From: Elusimicrobiota bacterium
GTDB lineage: Bacteria > Elusimicrobiota > Elusimicrobia > FEN-1173
Assembly (NCBI GenBank): GCA_016721625.1
Contig: JADKHR010000001.1
Location: 2,611,807-2,675,806 of the forward strand
Length of the DNA: 64,000 nucleotides
Direction: 5' to 3'
Shown: positions 56,097-64,000 of the stretch, piece after piece
How the letters are laid out: every line of letters starts with the position of its first letter
Numbering within the stretch: the stretch's first letter is position 1
The notes under the pieces: model-generated
Told to the model about the DNA's origin: nothing
What the model saw: the letters and a program-made list of their open reading frames with translations, nothing else
Databases searched by the model: none
Made by a program: the position numbers and the translations under genes

Positions 56097-57113
56097 TCAA
56101 TAGCTGAACTTGCCCAGCTCCACTTTCCCTCGGAAAACCCAATAGATGACGGCGGTGTAGGCCAGGACCATGGGCATGCCGAGGAACGCGATCAGGCGCA
56201 TGATCGCAAGGGTTTTTTCGGAGGAGGCGGCGTTGTAGATGGTGAGGTTGGCGGCGGGGTCGAGGCTGGAGACGGCCAGGTTGGGGTAAAGGGCCAGGCC
56301 GAAGAGGAAGACGAAAGCGGCAATGGACGCTCCGCTGGACAGAAACGCTTCAAAGGGCCTGCCGCGAAAAACAGCCCGGGGAATGTTGGCGACCGCCAAC
56401 ACGTTCAACACGACCACGGCCCACGCCCAAGGGTGGTGGGTGAAATTTTCCACGGCGCGGGGAACGGAAACCAGGGTGAAGATCGTCGTCAATAAATAGG
56501 TGATTAAAAACCAGCCGAACAGCCGCCAAATCCATCCCTGCAAACGCGCCTGGATCGGCCCCTCTGTTTTAAGGTAGAGATAAATGGCGCCGTGCATGGC
56601 CGCCGTGACGATGGCAAAAAGGCCGACCAGAACAGGATAGGGGGTCAGCAAGCCAAAAAATCCAATTCTCAGTTCTCCGTCCAACCCGATCGGAAGGCCG
56701 CGGAAACAGTTTCCCACGGCGGCGCCGAAAAGGAGGACCGCGGTGAGGCTTGATCCGAAAAAAGTCCAGTCCCAAAAAGATCGCCAGATTTTAGAGGGGC
56801 GCTTGCTCCGGAACTCCATGGACACCGCCCGGAGGATCAGGCAAAGGACCAACAGCATAAAGGCCGCGTAAAGGCCGGAAAACATCGTCGCGTAGGCCCG
56901 GGGAAAGGCCGCGAAAAGGGCGCCGCCGAACGTGACCAGCCAGACTTCATTGCCGTCCCAGAGGGGGCCGATGGAGTTCATGAAAATCCGACGTTCCTCA
57001 TCCGTCCGAGCCAGGGGATGCAGGATCCCCACGCCCAAATCGAACCCATCCAAAATCCCGTAACCCGCCATTAAAACGCCCAACAAGACAAACCAGAAAA
57101 TGTGTAAGTCCAT
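56097..57113 (-). CDS. cydB: cytochrome bd ubiquinol oxidase subunit II
   Basis: Start MDLHIFWFVLLGVLMAGYGILDGFDLGVG (cydB signature) at 57113; 8-9 TM helices; the listed ORF carries a short spurious N-terminal extension. Confidence 0.9.
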   Translation of the reverse strand: MDLHIFWFVLLGVLMAGYGILDGFDLGVGILHPLARTDEERRIFMNSIGPLWDGNEVWLVTFGGALFAAFPRAYATMFSGLYAAFMLLVLCLILRAVSMEFRSKRPSKIWRSFWDWTFFGSSLTAVLLFGAAVGNCFRGLPIGLDGELRIGFFGLLTPYPVLVGLFAIVTAAMHGAIYLYLKTEGPIQARLQGWIWRLFGWFLITYLLTTIFTLVSVPRAVENFTHHPWAWAVVVLNVLAVANIPRAVFRGRPFEAFLSSGASIAAFVFLFGLALYPNLAVSSLDPAANLTIYNAASSEKTLAIMRLIAFLGMPMVLAYTAVIYWVFRGKVELGKFSY

Positions 57114-57169
57114 TGCGCCTCCAAAAAAAGTGGAATTTAACAGGGTGTCGTTGCTAAGACCTCCCCCAG

Positions 57170-57318
57170 CCCCCTCCTTGCGAAGGAGGGGGAACACGGC
57201 TCCTCCATAAATGGGATTTCCCTTCCCAGGGAAGGCCCGTCGTCCGGATCCTCATGATCCGGGTTGCAAAAAGACCCACGCGGGCTTGTCTTTTTTTCCC
57301 CTCCTTCCCAAGGAGGGG
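57170..57318. repeat. cluster of GC-rich hairpins in the cydA-cydB spacer including two REP-like palindromes CCCCCTCCTT-GCG-AAGGAGGGGG and CCCCTCCTT-CCC-AAGGAGGGG
   Basis: 57170-57192 (10-bp stem), 57221-57235 (CCTTCC-cag-GGAAGG), 57244-57262 (CCGGATC-ctcat-GATCCGG), 57298-57318 (9-bp stem); all read directly. Confidence 0.5.
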
Positions 57319-57413
57319 ATTAAGGGGAGGTTAAAGCTTTGATGCCGGTTCAAAACCTCCGTGTCCAGCCCAAGCGGATGGGGGAAAGGGACTTCCCCGG
57401 CCGAGGGTGTTTC

Positions 57414-58826
57414 TTACTCTTTTCCTTCCGTCAGAGATCCCCCGGCTTTTAGATCTCCCACGGTTTGAATGAACCCGTGGGAGGGATCCCCTGGGGCCAG
57501 GAAGGACATTTCCTCGGGGCCTTGTTTGATCTTGTGGTCGATCACGGAAACCCAAACGGCAAAAAGAAGGGCGTAGATTACGCCGAACATCAGGATGGAA
57601 CCCAGCACTTGGTTCGCCCGCACCACGGGGGAAAGGGCTTCGGAGGTGCGAAGCAAGCCATAGACGATCCACGGTTGGCGTCCCACTTCGGCGGCCACCC
57701 ATCCCAATTGGTTGGCGGCCACGGGAGCGAGAACGGCGAAAACGAACGTCCACAAAAGGCCCCGCTGTTCAAACAGTCGGCCGCGGGCTCTCAGCCAGGC
57801 GGCCAGGCCCGTCAGTCCCATCATGAAAAATCCGAGGCCGACCATCACGTGGTAGGAATGAAAAGAAACCGCCACGGGCGGCCGGTCTTCTTTGGGGAAC
57901 TTGTCCAAGCCGGTCACCGGTTTTTTGAAATCGCCATACACCATGAAACTCAGGAGGCCCGGGACGGCGATGCCTTTGGTGGTTTCTGTTTTCGCGTCGG
58001 GATGGCCCACGACGTAGAGAGGGGTTCCTCCCTCGCCCGTTTTGAAATGGCCCTCAAAGGCCGCCAGCTTGGCCGGCTGGTGTTCCGCCACCACGCGGGC
58101 CTGGTGGTGGCCGGAAAGAAGTTGGCCCCAACTGGAGAGCGTGGCAAGGAGGAGCGCCACCGAAAACGCTTTCTTAGAGATGTCCAGGTGGCGGCCTTTC
58201 AGGATGTAATAGGCCGTGACGCTCATCACGAAAAAGCCTCCCATCGAGAAGGCGCCCAGCCAGACGTGGACCAGCCGGTCCATACTCGAGGGGTTAAACA
58301 CCACGGCCCAAAAATCGGTTATCTCCGCCCGGGCGGCCAGTCCCTCTCCAACGATGTGGAACCCCGCGGGAGTCTGTTGCCAACTGTTGGCGACGGTGAT
58401 CCAAACCGAGGAGAAGATCGATCCCAGAAACACCATCACGGTCGAAAAGAAGTGCATGCGGGGGGAAACTTTGTCCCAACCGAACACCAAGACCGCCAAA
58501 AACCCCGACTCCAAGAAAAAGGCAAAAATCCCTTCCGCCGCCAGGGCCGACCCAAAAACGTCTCCCACGAAACGGGAGTAGTTGGCCCAGTTCGTCCCGA
58601 ACTGGAATTCCATGACGATCCCCGTGGCGACGCCCACGGCGAAGTTGACGGCAAAAATCCGCGTCCAGAACTTGGCCATGGATTCATACTGGGGGTCTTT
58701 CGTTTTTAAATACATGCCTTCCATGAAAACCATCAGCGCTCCCAGGCCGATGGCGAGCGGGGGAAACAGGTAATGAAACATGATGGTCAGCGCGAATTGA
58801 AGACGGGAGAGGAAAAGAACGTCCAT
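57414..58826 (-). CDS. cydA: cytochrome bd ubiquinol oxidase subunit I (short Q-loop type)
   Basis: [29 protein letters not shown]… matches the CydA N-terminus; GWMQNP-like WQQTP quinol-binding region; start at 58826 (earlier in-frame ATGs 58835/58862 less likely). Confidence 0.9.
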   Translation of the reverse strand: MDVLFLSRLQFALTIMFHYLFPPLAIGLGALMVFMEGMYLKTKDPQYESMAKFWTRIFAVNFAVGVATGIVMEFQFGTNWANYSRFVGDVFGSALAAEGIFAFFLESGFLAVLVFGWDKVSPRMHFFSTVMVFLGSIFSSVWITVANSWQQTPAGFHIVGEGLAARAEITDFWAVVFNPSSMDRLVHVWLGAFSMGGFFVMSVTAYYILKGRHLDISKKAFSVALLLATLSSWGQLLSGHHQARVVAEHQPAKLAAFEGHFKTGEGGTPLYVVGHPDAKTETTKGIAVPGLLSFMVYGDFKKPVTGLDKFPKEDRPPVAVSFHSYHVMVGLGFFMMGLTGLAAWLRARGRLFEQRGLLWTFVFAVLAPVAANQLGWVAAEVGRQPWIVYGLLRTSEALSPVVRANQVLGSILMFGVIYALLFAVWVSVIDHKIKQGPEEMSFLAPGDPSHGFIQTVGDLKAGGSLTEGKE

Positions 58827-58898
58827 GGGACACATTGTGAAATAAGAAAGGGCGGGGGTCAAGGACCCCCGCCCTTTCTGGTGAAGCGTTGGGAACGG

Positions 58899-59240
58899 CT
58901 AGCCGATGGCGGCTTTGCCCTTTTCTCCGGTGCGGATACGGACGACTTCTTCGAGAGGGACCACGAAGATTTTTCCGTCGCCGATGTTCCCGGAACGCGC
59001 GGCCTTGGTGATGGCCGCGATGCAGGGTTCGACATACTCGTCGTTCACGGCGATATCGAAGCGGACCTTTTTCAGGAGGTTAACCTCATACTTCGCGCCG
59101 CGGTAGCTTTCCGTGTAGCCCTTCTGCCGGCCGGAGCCGAGAACGTTGGACACCGTCATGAGGTGAATTTGGGCGTCGTCCAGGGCTTTTTTAACTTCCG
59201 CCACTTTGTGCGGTTGAACCATGGCAATAATAAGTTTCAT
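58899..59240 (-). CDS. glnK: nitrogen regulatory protein P-II (GlnK-type), second copy
   Basis: [56 protein letters not shown]…[27 protein letters not shown]. Confidence 0.85.
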   Translation of the reverse strand: MKLIIAMVQPHKVAEVKKALDDAQIHLMTVSNVLGSGRQKGYTESYRGAKYEVNLLKKVRFDIAVNDEYVEPCIAAITKAARSGNIGDGKIFVVPLEEVVRIRTGEKGKAAIG

Positions 59241-59246
59241 GGATGA

Positions 59247-60800
59247 TTACCTCCCGGACCCGGCCAATTTAGGCTCGGGTTTTGAATCACCGCTGTCGCC
59301 GGCGGGGGCCAGACCGTATTCCGTCATGTAGATTTGGAATCCAGCGTAGGCTTCCATTCCGTGTTCGCCGATGTCAAGGCCGCGGATTTCTTCTTCGCGG
59401 CTCACCCGGAGACCCATCATGGCTTTCACGACCAACCAGAAGATGACCGAGAGCACGAGCGTGAACAGGATCGTGGTCACGGACCCCAATAGCTGAACTC
59501 CCAGGAGCTTGAATCCGCCTCCGTAGAAGAGCCCGTTTCCGGTGCCGACGCCGGTGATTTTGTCGACGGCGAAGAGACCCACGGCGAGGGTGCCCCAGAT
59601 GCCGTTGGTCAAGTGCACGGCCAAGGCGCCCACGGGGTCATCCACCTTGATTTTGTCGTAGAACAATACGGCAAAGACCACGAGGATTCCGCCGATGCCG
59701 CCGATGATAATAGAGGCGGGCAGAGTCACATAGGCGCAAGGGGCGGTGATGGCCACCAATCCGGCCAAACAGCCGTTGATGGTCATGCCCAGGTCGGGTT
59801 TCCCTAAAACCATCCACGCTGTGATCGTCGCGGTCAAAAGGCCCGCGGCGGCGGCCAGGTTGGTGGTGTTCAGGATGTGGCTGATGGCGCCGGCATCGGC
59901 GGCCATGGTGGACCCGGGGTTAAACCCGAACCAGCCGAGCCAGAGGATCAAACACCCTAGGGTCGCGGAGGTCAAGTTGTGACCCGGGATGGCGTTGGGG
60001 GTTCCGTCGGGACGGAACTTCCCAATGCGGGGGCCCAGGATCAAAATCCCGGCCAAGCCCGCGACGCCGCCCACGGTATGAACCGCGGTGGACCCGGCAA
60101 AGTCCCAGAAGCCTTTCTGGGCCAACCATCCGCCGCCCCATATCCAGTGGCCGGTAATCGGGTAGGCGATGCCCACCAGGAGGGCGCTGAAGACGATGAA
60201 GCTCACGTATTTGATCCGTTCCGCGACGCAACCGGAGACGATGGTGGCCGCCGTGCCCGCGAAAACCAATTGGAAGAAGAATTTCGCGGAGAGGGGAACG
60301 CCCGTCCAGTTGATGGCGTTATAGACGCCGGAATAGGCCGACCCCGTGGCGGGACTGTTGTCCGCCCCGGAGATCATGAAGAGGCCTTTCAACCCCATGA
60401 ACCCGTTGCCGTCGCCGAACATGACGCCCCAGCCTAAGACGTAAAAGGCCAGGGAACTCACGGCGAAGACGATGAAGTTTTTGGAGAGGATGTTGACGGC
60501 GTTTTTCGCGCGGCACATGCCCGATTCCACCAGGGCGAACCCGGCGTTCATCCAGAACACCAGGAAGGCCGTGACGAGAACCCAGATGGTGTCGGCGACG
60601 ACTTTCCGATCGGTGAGGCCCTGCTCAATGGCGGCCAAACGCGATTCCAGGGCCGGGGCCTGATCGGCCACCGCCACCGTTCCAGCGGGAGCGGGGGTGG
60701 GTTCCTCCGCTCGGAGGGCGACCGGCAAGAGACCGGCGCCCCAGGTCAAAAGCGCGAAGAGTCCACCGCGCCAAAGACAACGTTTTGTTTTTGACAGCAT
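59247..60800 (-). CDS. amt: ammonium transporter (Amt family) with long signal-peptide-containing N-terminal extension, second copy
   Basis: Start [24 protein letters not shown] at 60800 preceded by GGAGGAACTT; Amt motifs (…[13 protein letters not shown]…, DFAGSTAVH…); upstream part of listed ORF lacks RBS support. Confidence 0.85.
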   Translation of the reverse strand: MLSKTKRCLWRGGLFALLTWGAGLLPVALRAEEPTPAPAGTVAVADQAPALESRLAAIEQGLTDRKVVADTIWVLVTAFLVFWMNAGFALVESGMCRAKNAVNILSKNFIVFAVSSLAFYVLGWGVMFGDGNGFMGLKGLFMISGADNSPATGSAYSGVYNAINWTGVPLSAKFFFQLVFAGTAATIVSGCVAERIKYVSFIVFSALLVGIAYPITGHWIWGGGWLAQKGFWDFAGSTAVHTVGGVAGLAGILILGPRIGKFRPDGTPNAIPGHNLTSATLGCLILWLGWFGFNPGSTMAADAGAISHILNTTNLAAAAGLLTATITAWMVLGKPDLGMTINGCLAGLVAITAPCAYVTLPASIIIGGIGGILVVFAVLFYDKIKVDDPVGALAVHLTNGIWGTLAVGLFAVDKITGVGTGNGLFYGGGFKLLGVQLLGSVTTILFTLVLSVIFWLVVKAMMGLRVSREEEIRGLDIGEHGMEAYAGFQIYMTEYGLAPAGDSGDSKPEPKLAGSGR

Positions 60801-60810
60801 AAGTTCCTCC

Positions 60811-60836
60811 ATTTTATTTAAGCGCCCGAGGGCGCT
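60811..60836 (-). promoter_or_regulatory. hairpin GCGCCC-TC-GGGCGC followed by U-rich tract immediately upstream of the amt SD (attenuator-like)
   Basis: - strand RNA: GCGCCCUCGGGCGCUUAAAUAAAAUGGAGGAACUUAUG. Confidence 0.35.
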
Positions 60837-60848
60837 GTTGATTTTTTG

Positions 60849-60864
60849 GAGACAGCGCTGTCTC
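60849..60864. promoter_or_regulatory. palindrome GAGACAGC-GCTGTCTC in the second amt leader sharing the ACAGCGCTGT core with 54669-54692
   Basis: read directly. Confidence 0.35.
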
Positions 60865-60935
60865 GTGAAAACCGGCACAAAAAAAAAGCCCTTTCCGAAA
60901 CAGCGGAAAGGACAGTCTTTGTCCAGACGATGCAT

Positions 60936-60953
60936 CAACACACCCGTGTGTTG
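60936..60953. promoter_or_regulatory. perfect palindrome CAACACAC-CC-GTGTGTTG overlapping the predicted transcription start of the second amt (putative operator)
   Basis: read directly; lies 10-30 nt downstream of the -10 box. Confidence 0.35.
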
Positions 60954-60962
60954 TATGGGCAG

Positions 60963-60990
60963 ATTTTAGCAAATTCTACCCGATTGTCAA
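60963..60990 (-). promoter_or_regulatory. sigma70-type promoter for the second amt-glnK (TTGACA-16 bp-TAAAAT on the - strand)
   Basis: reverse complement of tgtcaa 60985-60990 and atttta 60963-60968. Confidence 0.45.
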
Positions 60991-61083
60991 GTTCTTTCCT
61001 GAGCAACCAAAATCCGGGGAGGGCCGTCTGGTCTTGTTCCAGGCGCGCGGGGGAGGCGGTATTCCGGCCGGGCCGATCGTTTC

Positions 61084-63192
61084 TCAGGCGGGGCGGAGAA
61101 AGGTATTCAGCGGTCGTCGAAAGGTGCCTTCCGGCACAGGGGCGGCGTAGCCTAAACGGAAAAGCATGATCAGCCCATTTCGATCGAAGTCCACCTGGGG
61201 AAACCAAGGTCGAGCCAGTTCCATGGCCCGATGCAGATGCCGGCTCGAGTGCGGGGGGAAAGGAGCGTCTCCTTCGGAGCGCCAAACGGTCCAAAAGAAC
61301 ACGAGGCTGGCGTTGGGTTGTAGCGCCAGCCCGTGGGCCGTGGCGGTCAACCAGACCCGTTCCCAGGCTCTTCCCCCGTGAAAGAAATCGAGCAGGTCAT
61401 CTCCCTTCATGGTCAGAAGGCCCACGGCGGAGGAGGACAAAATGGAGTCCCTTCCGATCTTGGCGACCAAGTTCCCGATCCCGCAACGGTTGGCCAGGTC
61501 CATGACGGGCCAAGGACGCGTCAGCGTCAGGAAAATTCGCCCGTCGATCCCGGCCATGAGATTGTTGTAGGAAAAACCGTCGCCGCGGGAGCGGGCCTCC
61601 GCGGCGTTTTTCCGAATGGACTGGTACAAGGGTTTATGGCACGGGCGTAGGGTGACCCGGGCCCGGTCGGCCCAGTAAACGGCTTCGGCCATGGACTCGA
61701 TTCCCGGGCGGTCCGTCACCAGGTGCAACGCCGCCCCTCGCTCCGCGGCGGAGGAGACCAGGGCGCGCTGGGTTTCGAGGGGGATGGGCCGTTTGTCAAA
61801 AAGGCGCCGGTTGGTGTCCCGTTCCCAGACCATATCGGCCAAGGGGTCCCGGGCTTTTTCCGCCGGGACGAACCGGATGGACGCCACCCGCTCGTCCTGT
61901 TGCCCCACCGGTTCGGCCTCCACCACCGTTTCAAGGCCGAAGGCCGACGCGGCCACCGTCATGTTTTCCAAAATGGCTCCGTTGGAAATCAGCGTGGCTC
62001 TCTGCTGGAAGTTGAAAAACGAGGGATCCGCCTCCGCGTTCAAAAGAATATCGACGCGGTCTCCTTTCTGCCGGAACGCCCAGGGCTGAATGTTGTCGCC
62101 CGAGGGGGCCTGCAGTCCGGCGTGGAGGAGGAATTCCATCACGTTCGGCGGAATCGGGCCCCGTCGATCCCATTCCGCCTTGGGCGCGGCGGACCGAAAG
62201 GCATTGGTTTGTCTCGCGATGGCCCGACGCCCCAGCCAAATTTTAAGTCGTTGGAGCGGGCCTCGGTTCCCCCACCGTAGCCGCCCCTGGCGGAACAAAT
62301 GGAGATAGGCGTCGAATTGAAAATGCCACGGAGCCGGTTTGAGGCCCGGACGCCCCAGGATCAAACGGAGGACTTCCGTCGCGGCCAATCCCGAGGCCAG
62401 TTGACAGGCCAATCCCAGGGAAGGCCCGCTTTTTTCGGCCAAGCGAATACGCCCCGGGATCATGTATTTCGTGTGGAGGAGGGTTGGGGTGATTCCCAGA
62501 TAAAAACGGAGATATCCCTCCAGAAGGGGCGTCTGGTCGTTGAGGTCAAAGTAGTTGTCAAAACTCATGCTGTCCGGAGTGAAGACGATGAAGGGGGACC
62601 CGAACCCGATGGGGCCCGCCGTGACGACGGGAATCCTTCTTTCTCGGGCGCGTCGAAAGAAGAGGCGCCTGGCCGGAAGAGCGAAAAAATCGAGGCCGTC
62701 CAGGGCCACGTCGACCCCGTCCAAAAAGGCGTCCACGTTGGCCGGGGTCACCCCTTCCGGAAAAAGGCGAACGTCGGCGAAGGGGTTGATGGCGAGGATG
62801 TCTTCTCTCAACACTTCGGCTTTGGGGCGGCCGAAGGTGGCCACGCGGGCGCCCTGTTGGCGGTTGATGTTCACCGGGTCAAAACGGTCAAAATCGGCCA
62901 GGTGAAACCGGCCCACCCCGGAACGCGCCAGGGTGGTCGCGTGGGATCCGCCCACCCCCCCTCCCCCGGCGATGGCCACCCGCGAGCGGGCGAGTTTTTG
63001 CATGTCCGCCCGGGTCAAGATCCCGACGTTCCTTGAAAAAGCCGAGGCCCAATAAGCTTCAGCGTTTCCGAGGTCCCAGGTTTTTAGTTGGGCGACGAGG
63101 TCTTCCGGATTGAACAAAGTCATGGAGATAACCGCTCCTCTTCTTGTGAAGGATTTCAACCAAAACATAGCCCCAAACACCCTTATTGTCAA
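61084..63192 (-). CDS. ThiF/MoeB (E1-like) nucleotide-binding domain fused to a nitroreductase-like (SagB-type) domain; MoeY/Rv1355c-like architecture, function unknown
   Basis: 702-aa ORF; N-terminal Rossmann motif VAIAGGGGVGGSHATTLARSGVGRFHLADFDRFDPVNINRQ (ThiF family), C-terminal half with nitroreductase signature …LQAPSGDNIQPWAF…; own promoter-like TTGACA-17-TATGTT upstream on the - strand. Confidence 0.75.
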   Translation of the reverse strand: MTIRVFGAMFWLKSFTRRGAVISMTLFNPEDLVAQLKTWDLGNAEAYWASAFSRNVGILTRADMQKLARSRVAIAGGGGVGGSHATTLARSGVGRFHLADFDRFDPVNINRQQGARVATFGRPKAEVLREDILAINPFADVRLFPEGVTPANVDAFLDGVDVALDGLDFFALPARRLFFRRARERRIPVVTAGPIGFGSPFIVFTPDSMSFDNYFDLNDQTPLLEGYLRFYLGITPTLLHTKYMIPGRIRLAEKSGPSLGLACQLASGLAATEVLRLILGRPGLKPAPWHFQFDAYLHLFRQGRLRWGNRGPLQRLKIWLGRRAIARQTNAFRSAAPKAEWDRRGPIPPNVMEFLLHAGLQAPSGDNIQPWAFRQKGDRVDILLNAEADPSFFNFQQRATLISNGAILENMTVAASAFGLETVVEAEPVGQQDERVASIRFVPAEKARDPLADMVWERDTNRRLFDKRPIPLETQRALVSSAAERGAALHLVTDRPGIESMAEAVYWADRARVTLRPCHKPLYQSIRKNAAEARSRGDGFSYNNLMAGIDGRIFLTLTRPWPVMDLANRCGIGNLVAKIGRDSILSSSAVGLLTMKGDDLLDFFHGGRAWERVWLTATAHGLALQPNASLVFFWTVWRSEGDAPFPPHSSRHLHRAMELARPWFPQVDFDRNGLIMLFRLGYAAPVPEGTFRRPLNTFLRPA

Positions 63193-63333
63193 GAGCGTTC
63201 GTCAAAAAAATCGGGGAAGCACCGGCCGAGCATTAAAAGGGTTGAAAAATACCGGAACCGGGGATAGGATGGAAGCGATTCGAACGGGACGGACGGCGCC
63301 CCGGACATCCAAAGGGGAAAACGAGGCGGATCC

Positions 63334-64000
63334 ATGAACTTTCACGGCCATACGATCGTTCTCTGTAACGGGGCGAGAACCCCCTTCGGCGCCCTGGGAA
63401 AACTGTTGGCGGACGTGTCCCCCGAAGAACTCATGGGGACGGTGTTCGCGGAGGTGATGAAACGGGCCCGCCTGCGTCCGGCCCAGGTGGACGGGGTGAT
63501 GGTGGGCTGGGTCGGGGAGGATTCCCATGCCTTGAATATCGCCCGGGTCGCGGCCCTGCAGTTGGGCTTGCCGGTCAGCACCCCGGCGCTCACTCTCCAA
63601 GCCAATTGCGTGGCCGGGCTCGAAGCTGTCTGCGCGGCCGTGGGGCGCATCTTGGCGGGAGATGGGGAACTTTTCCTTGTGGGAGGGACCGAAAGCATGT
63701 CCCGCGTCCCCTTCGCCATTCGCGGAACGCGGTCCAGCGCCCTCCTGCGTTCCTTGGAAACGGTGAAAGCCCATTGGGCCGAACTCCTTCAATCCGCGGA
63801 CGTTTCTCTGGTGGACATGTTGGAGGAAGGGCTCACCGACCCCGTCGCTCACATCAACATGGGGGCGACGGCGGAAGTGCTGGCTCAGATTTTTCGCATT
63901 GACCGGGCCGCCCAGGACCGCTATGCCATGGAAAGCGTGCGCCGGGCGGTGGCCGCCACCCGGGAGGGGTTTCATTCCTCCCATATGGTTTCGGTGATGC
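63334..64000 (+). CDS. thiolase-family acyltransferase (acetyl-CoA acetyltransferase-like), 5' part only; runs off the window end
   Basis: ATG 63334 (not in the ORF table because no stop is reached): MNFHGHTIVLCNGARTPFGALGKLLADVSPEELMGTVFAEV…TPALTLQANCVAGLEAV (thiolase active-site Cys region); TTGAAA-17-TAGGAT promoter-like element at ~63240-63270. Confidence 0.7.
   Translation, partial: MNFHGHTIVLCNGARTPFGALGKLLADVSPEELMGTVFAEVMKRARLRPAQVDGVMVGWVGEDSHALNIARVAALQLGLPVSTPALTLQANCVAGLEAVCAAVGRILAGDGELFLVGGTESMSRVPFAIRGTRSSALLRSLETVKAHWAELLQSADVSLVDMLEEGLTDPVAHINMGATAEVLAQIFRIDRAAQDRYAMESVRRAVAATREGFHSSHMVSVM

Noticed and set aside
56056-56142. N-terminal extension of the ATPase ORF (MGFPRESGAGQVQLLIRRDAPGGKRPFF)
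   Set aside because: This segment is the antisense of the cydB C-terminal codons and its terminator hairpin and has the GC content of cydB, not of the ATPase island; an RBS-compatible ATG exists at 56055/56025.
1-64000. CRISPR arrays, rRNA genes, integrase/transposase genes, additional tRNAs
   Set aside because: Looked for regularly spaced direct repeats, rRNA-like conserved blocks, recombinase catalytic motifs other than XerC/D, and further GTTCRANTCC T-arm motifs; none found in this window.

Overview
GC-rich bacterial chromosomal segment, genus not identifiable from sequence alone. Most of it is densely packed housekeeping genes, largely on the + strand. In order these are a ybeY-corC-corC-mgtE operon, recO-glyQ-glyS, a LysM protein, dprA-topA-xerC/D, a division/cell-wall (dcw) cluster mraZ-rsmH-ftsL-ftsI-murE-murF-mraY-murD-ftsW-murG followed directly by surE-uvrB, an HD-GYP phosphodiesterase, nadC-birA, a hybrid histidine kinase, mtnP, a NUDIX hydrolase, a three-gene secreted/outer-membrane operon beginning with a lamin-tail-domain protein, glpD-like, a LOG-family protein, trpB2, a secreted nuclease, tRNA-Leu(UAA), an SPFH protein and addB-addA. 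The last ~11 kb is on the - strand and is the least ordinary part. It holds two ammonium-transporter/P-II operons (amt-glnK) bracketing a cytochrome bd oxidase (cydAB). A low-GC DUF4143 AAA ATPase gene sits between cydB and a diverged duplicate of the cydB 3' end, which looks like an integration scar. A ThiF/nitroreductase fusion gene and a partial thiolase follow. A GC-rich palindromic repeat family (CCCCTCCTT-N3-AAGGAGGGG) recurs in intergenic spacers. At least seven conserved genes (recO, dprA, murD, uvrB, glpD-like, a TPR protein, and others possibly missed) have their reading frame broken at short G/C homopolymer runs. Because murD is essential, this is more likely systematic indel error in the assembly than real pseudogenes. 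No CRISPR array, rRNA or obvious transposase/integrase gene is visible.
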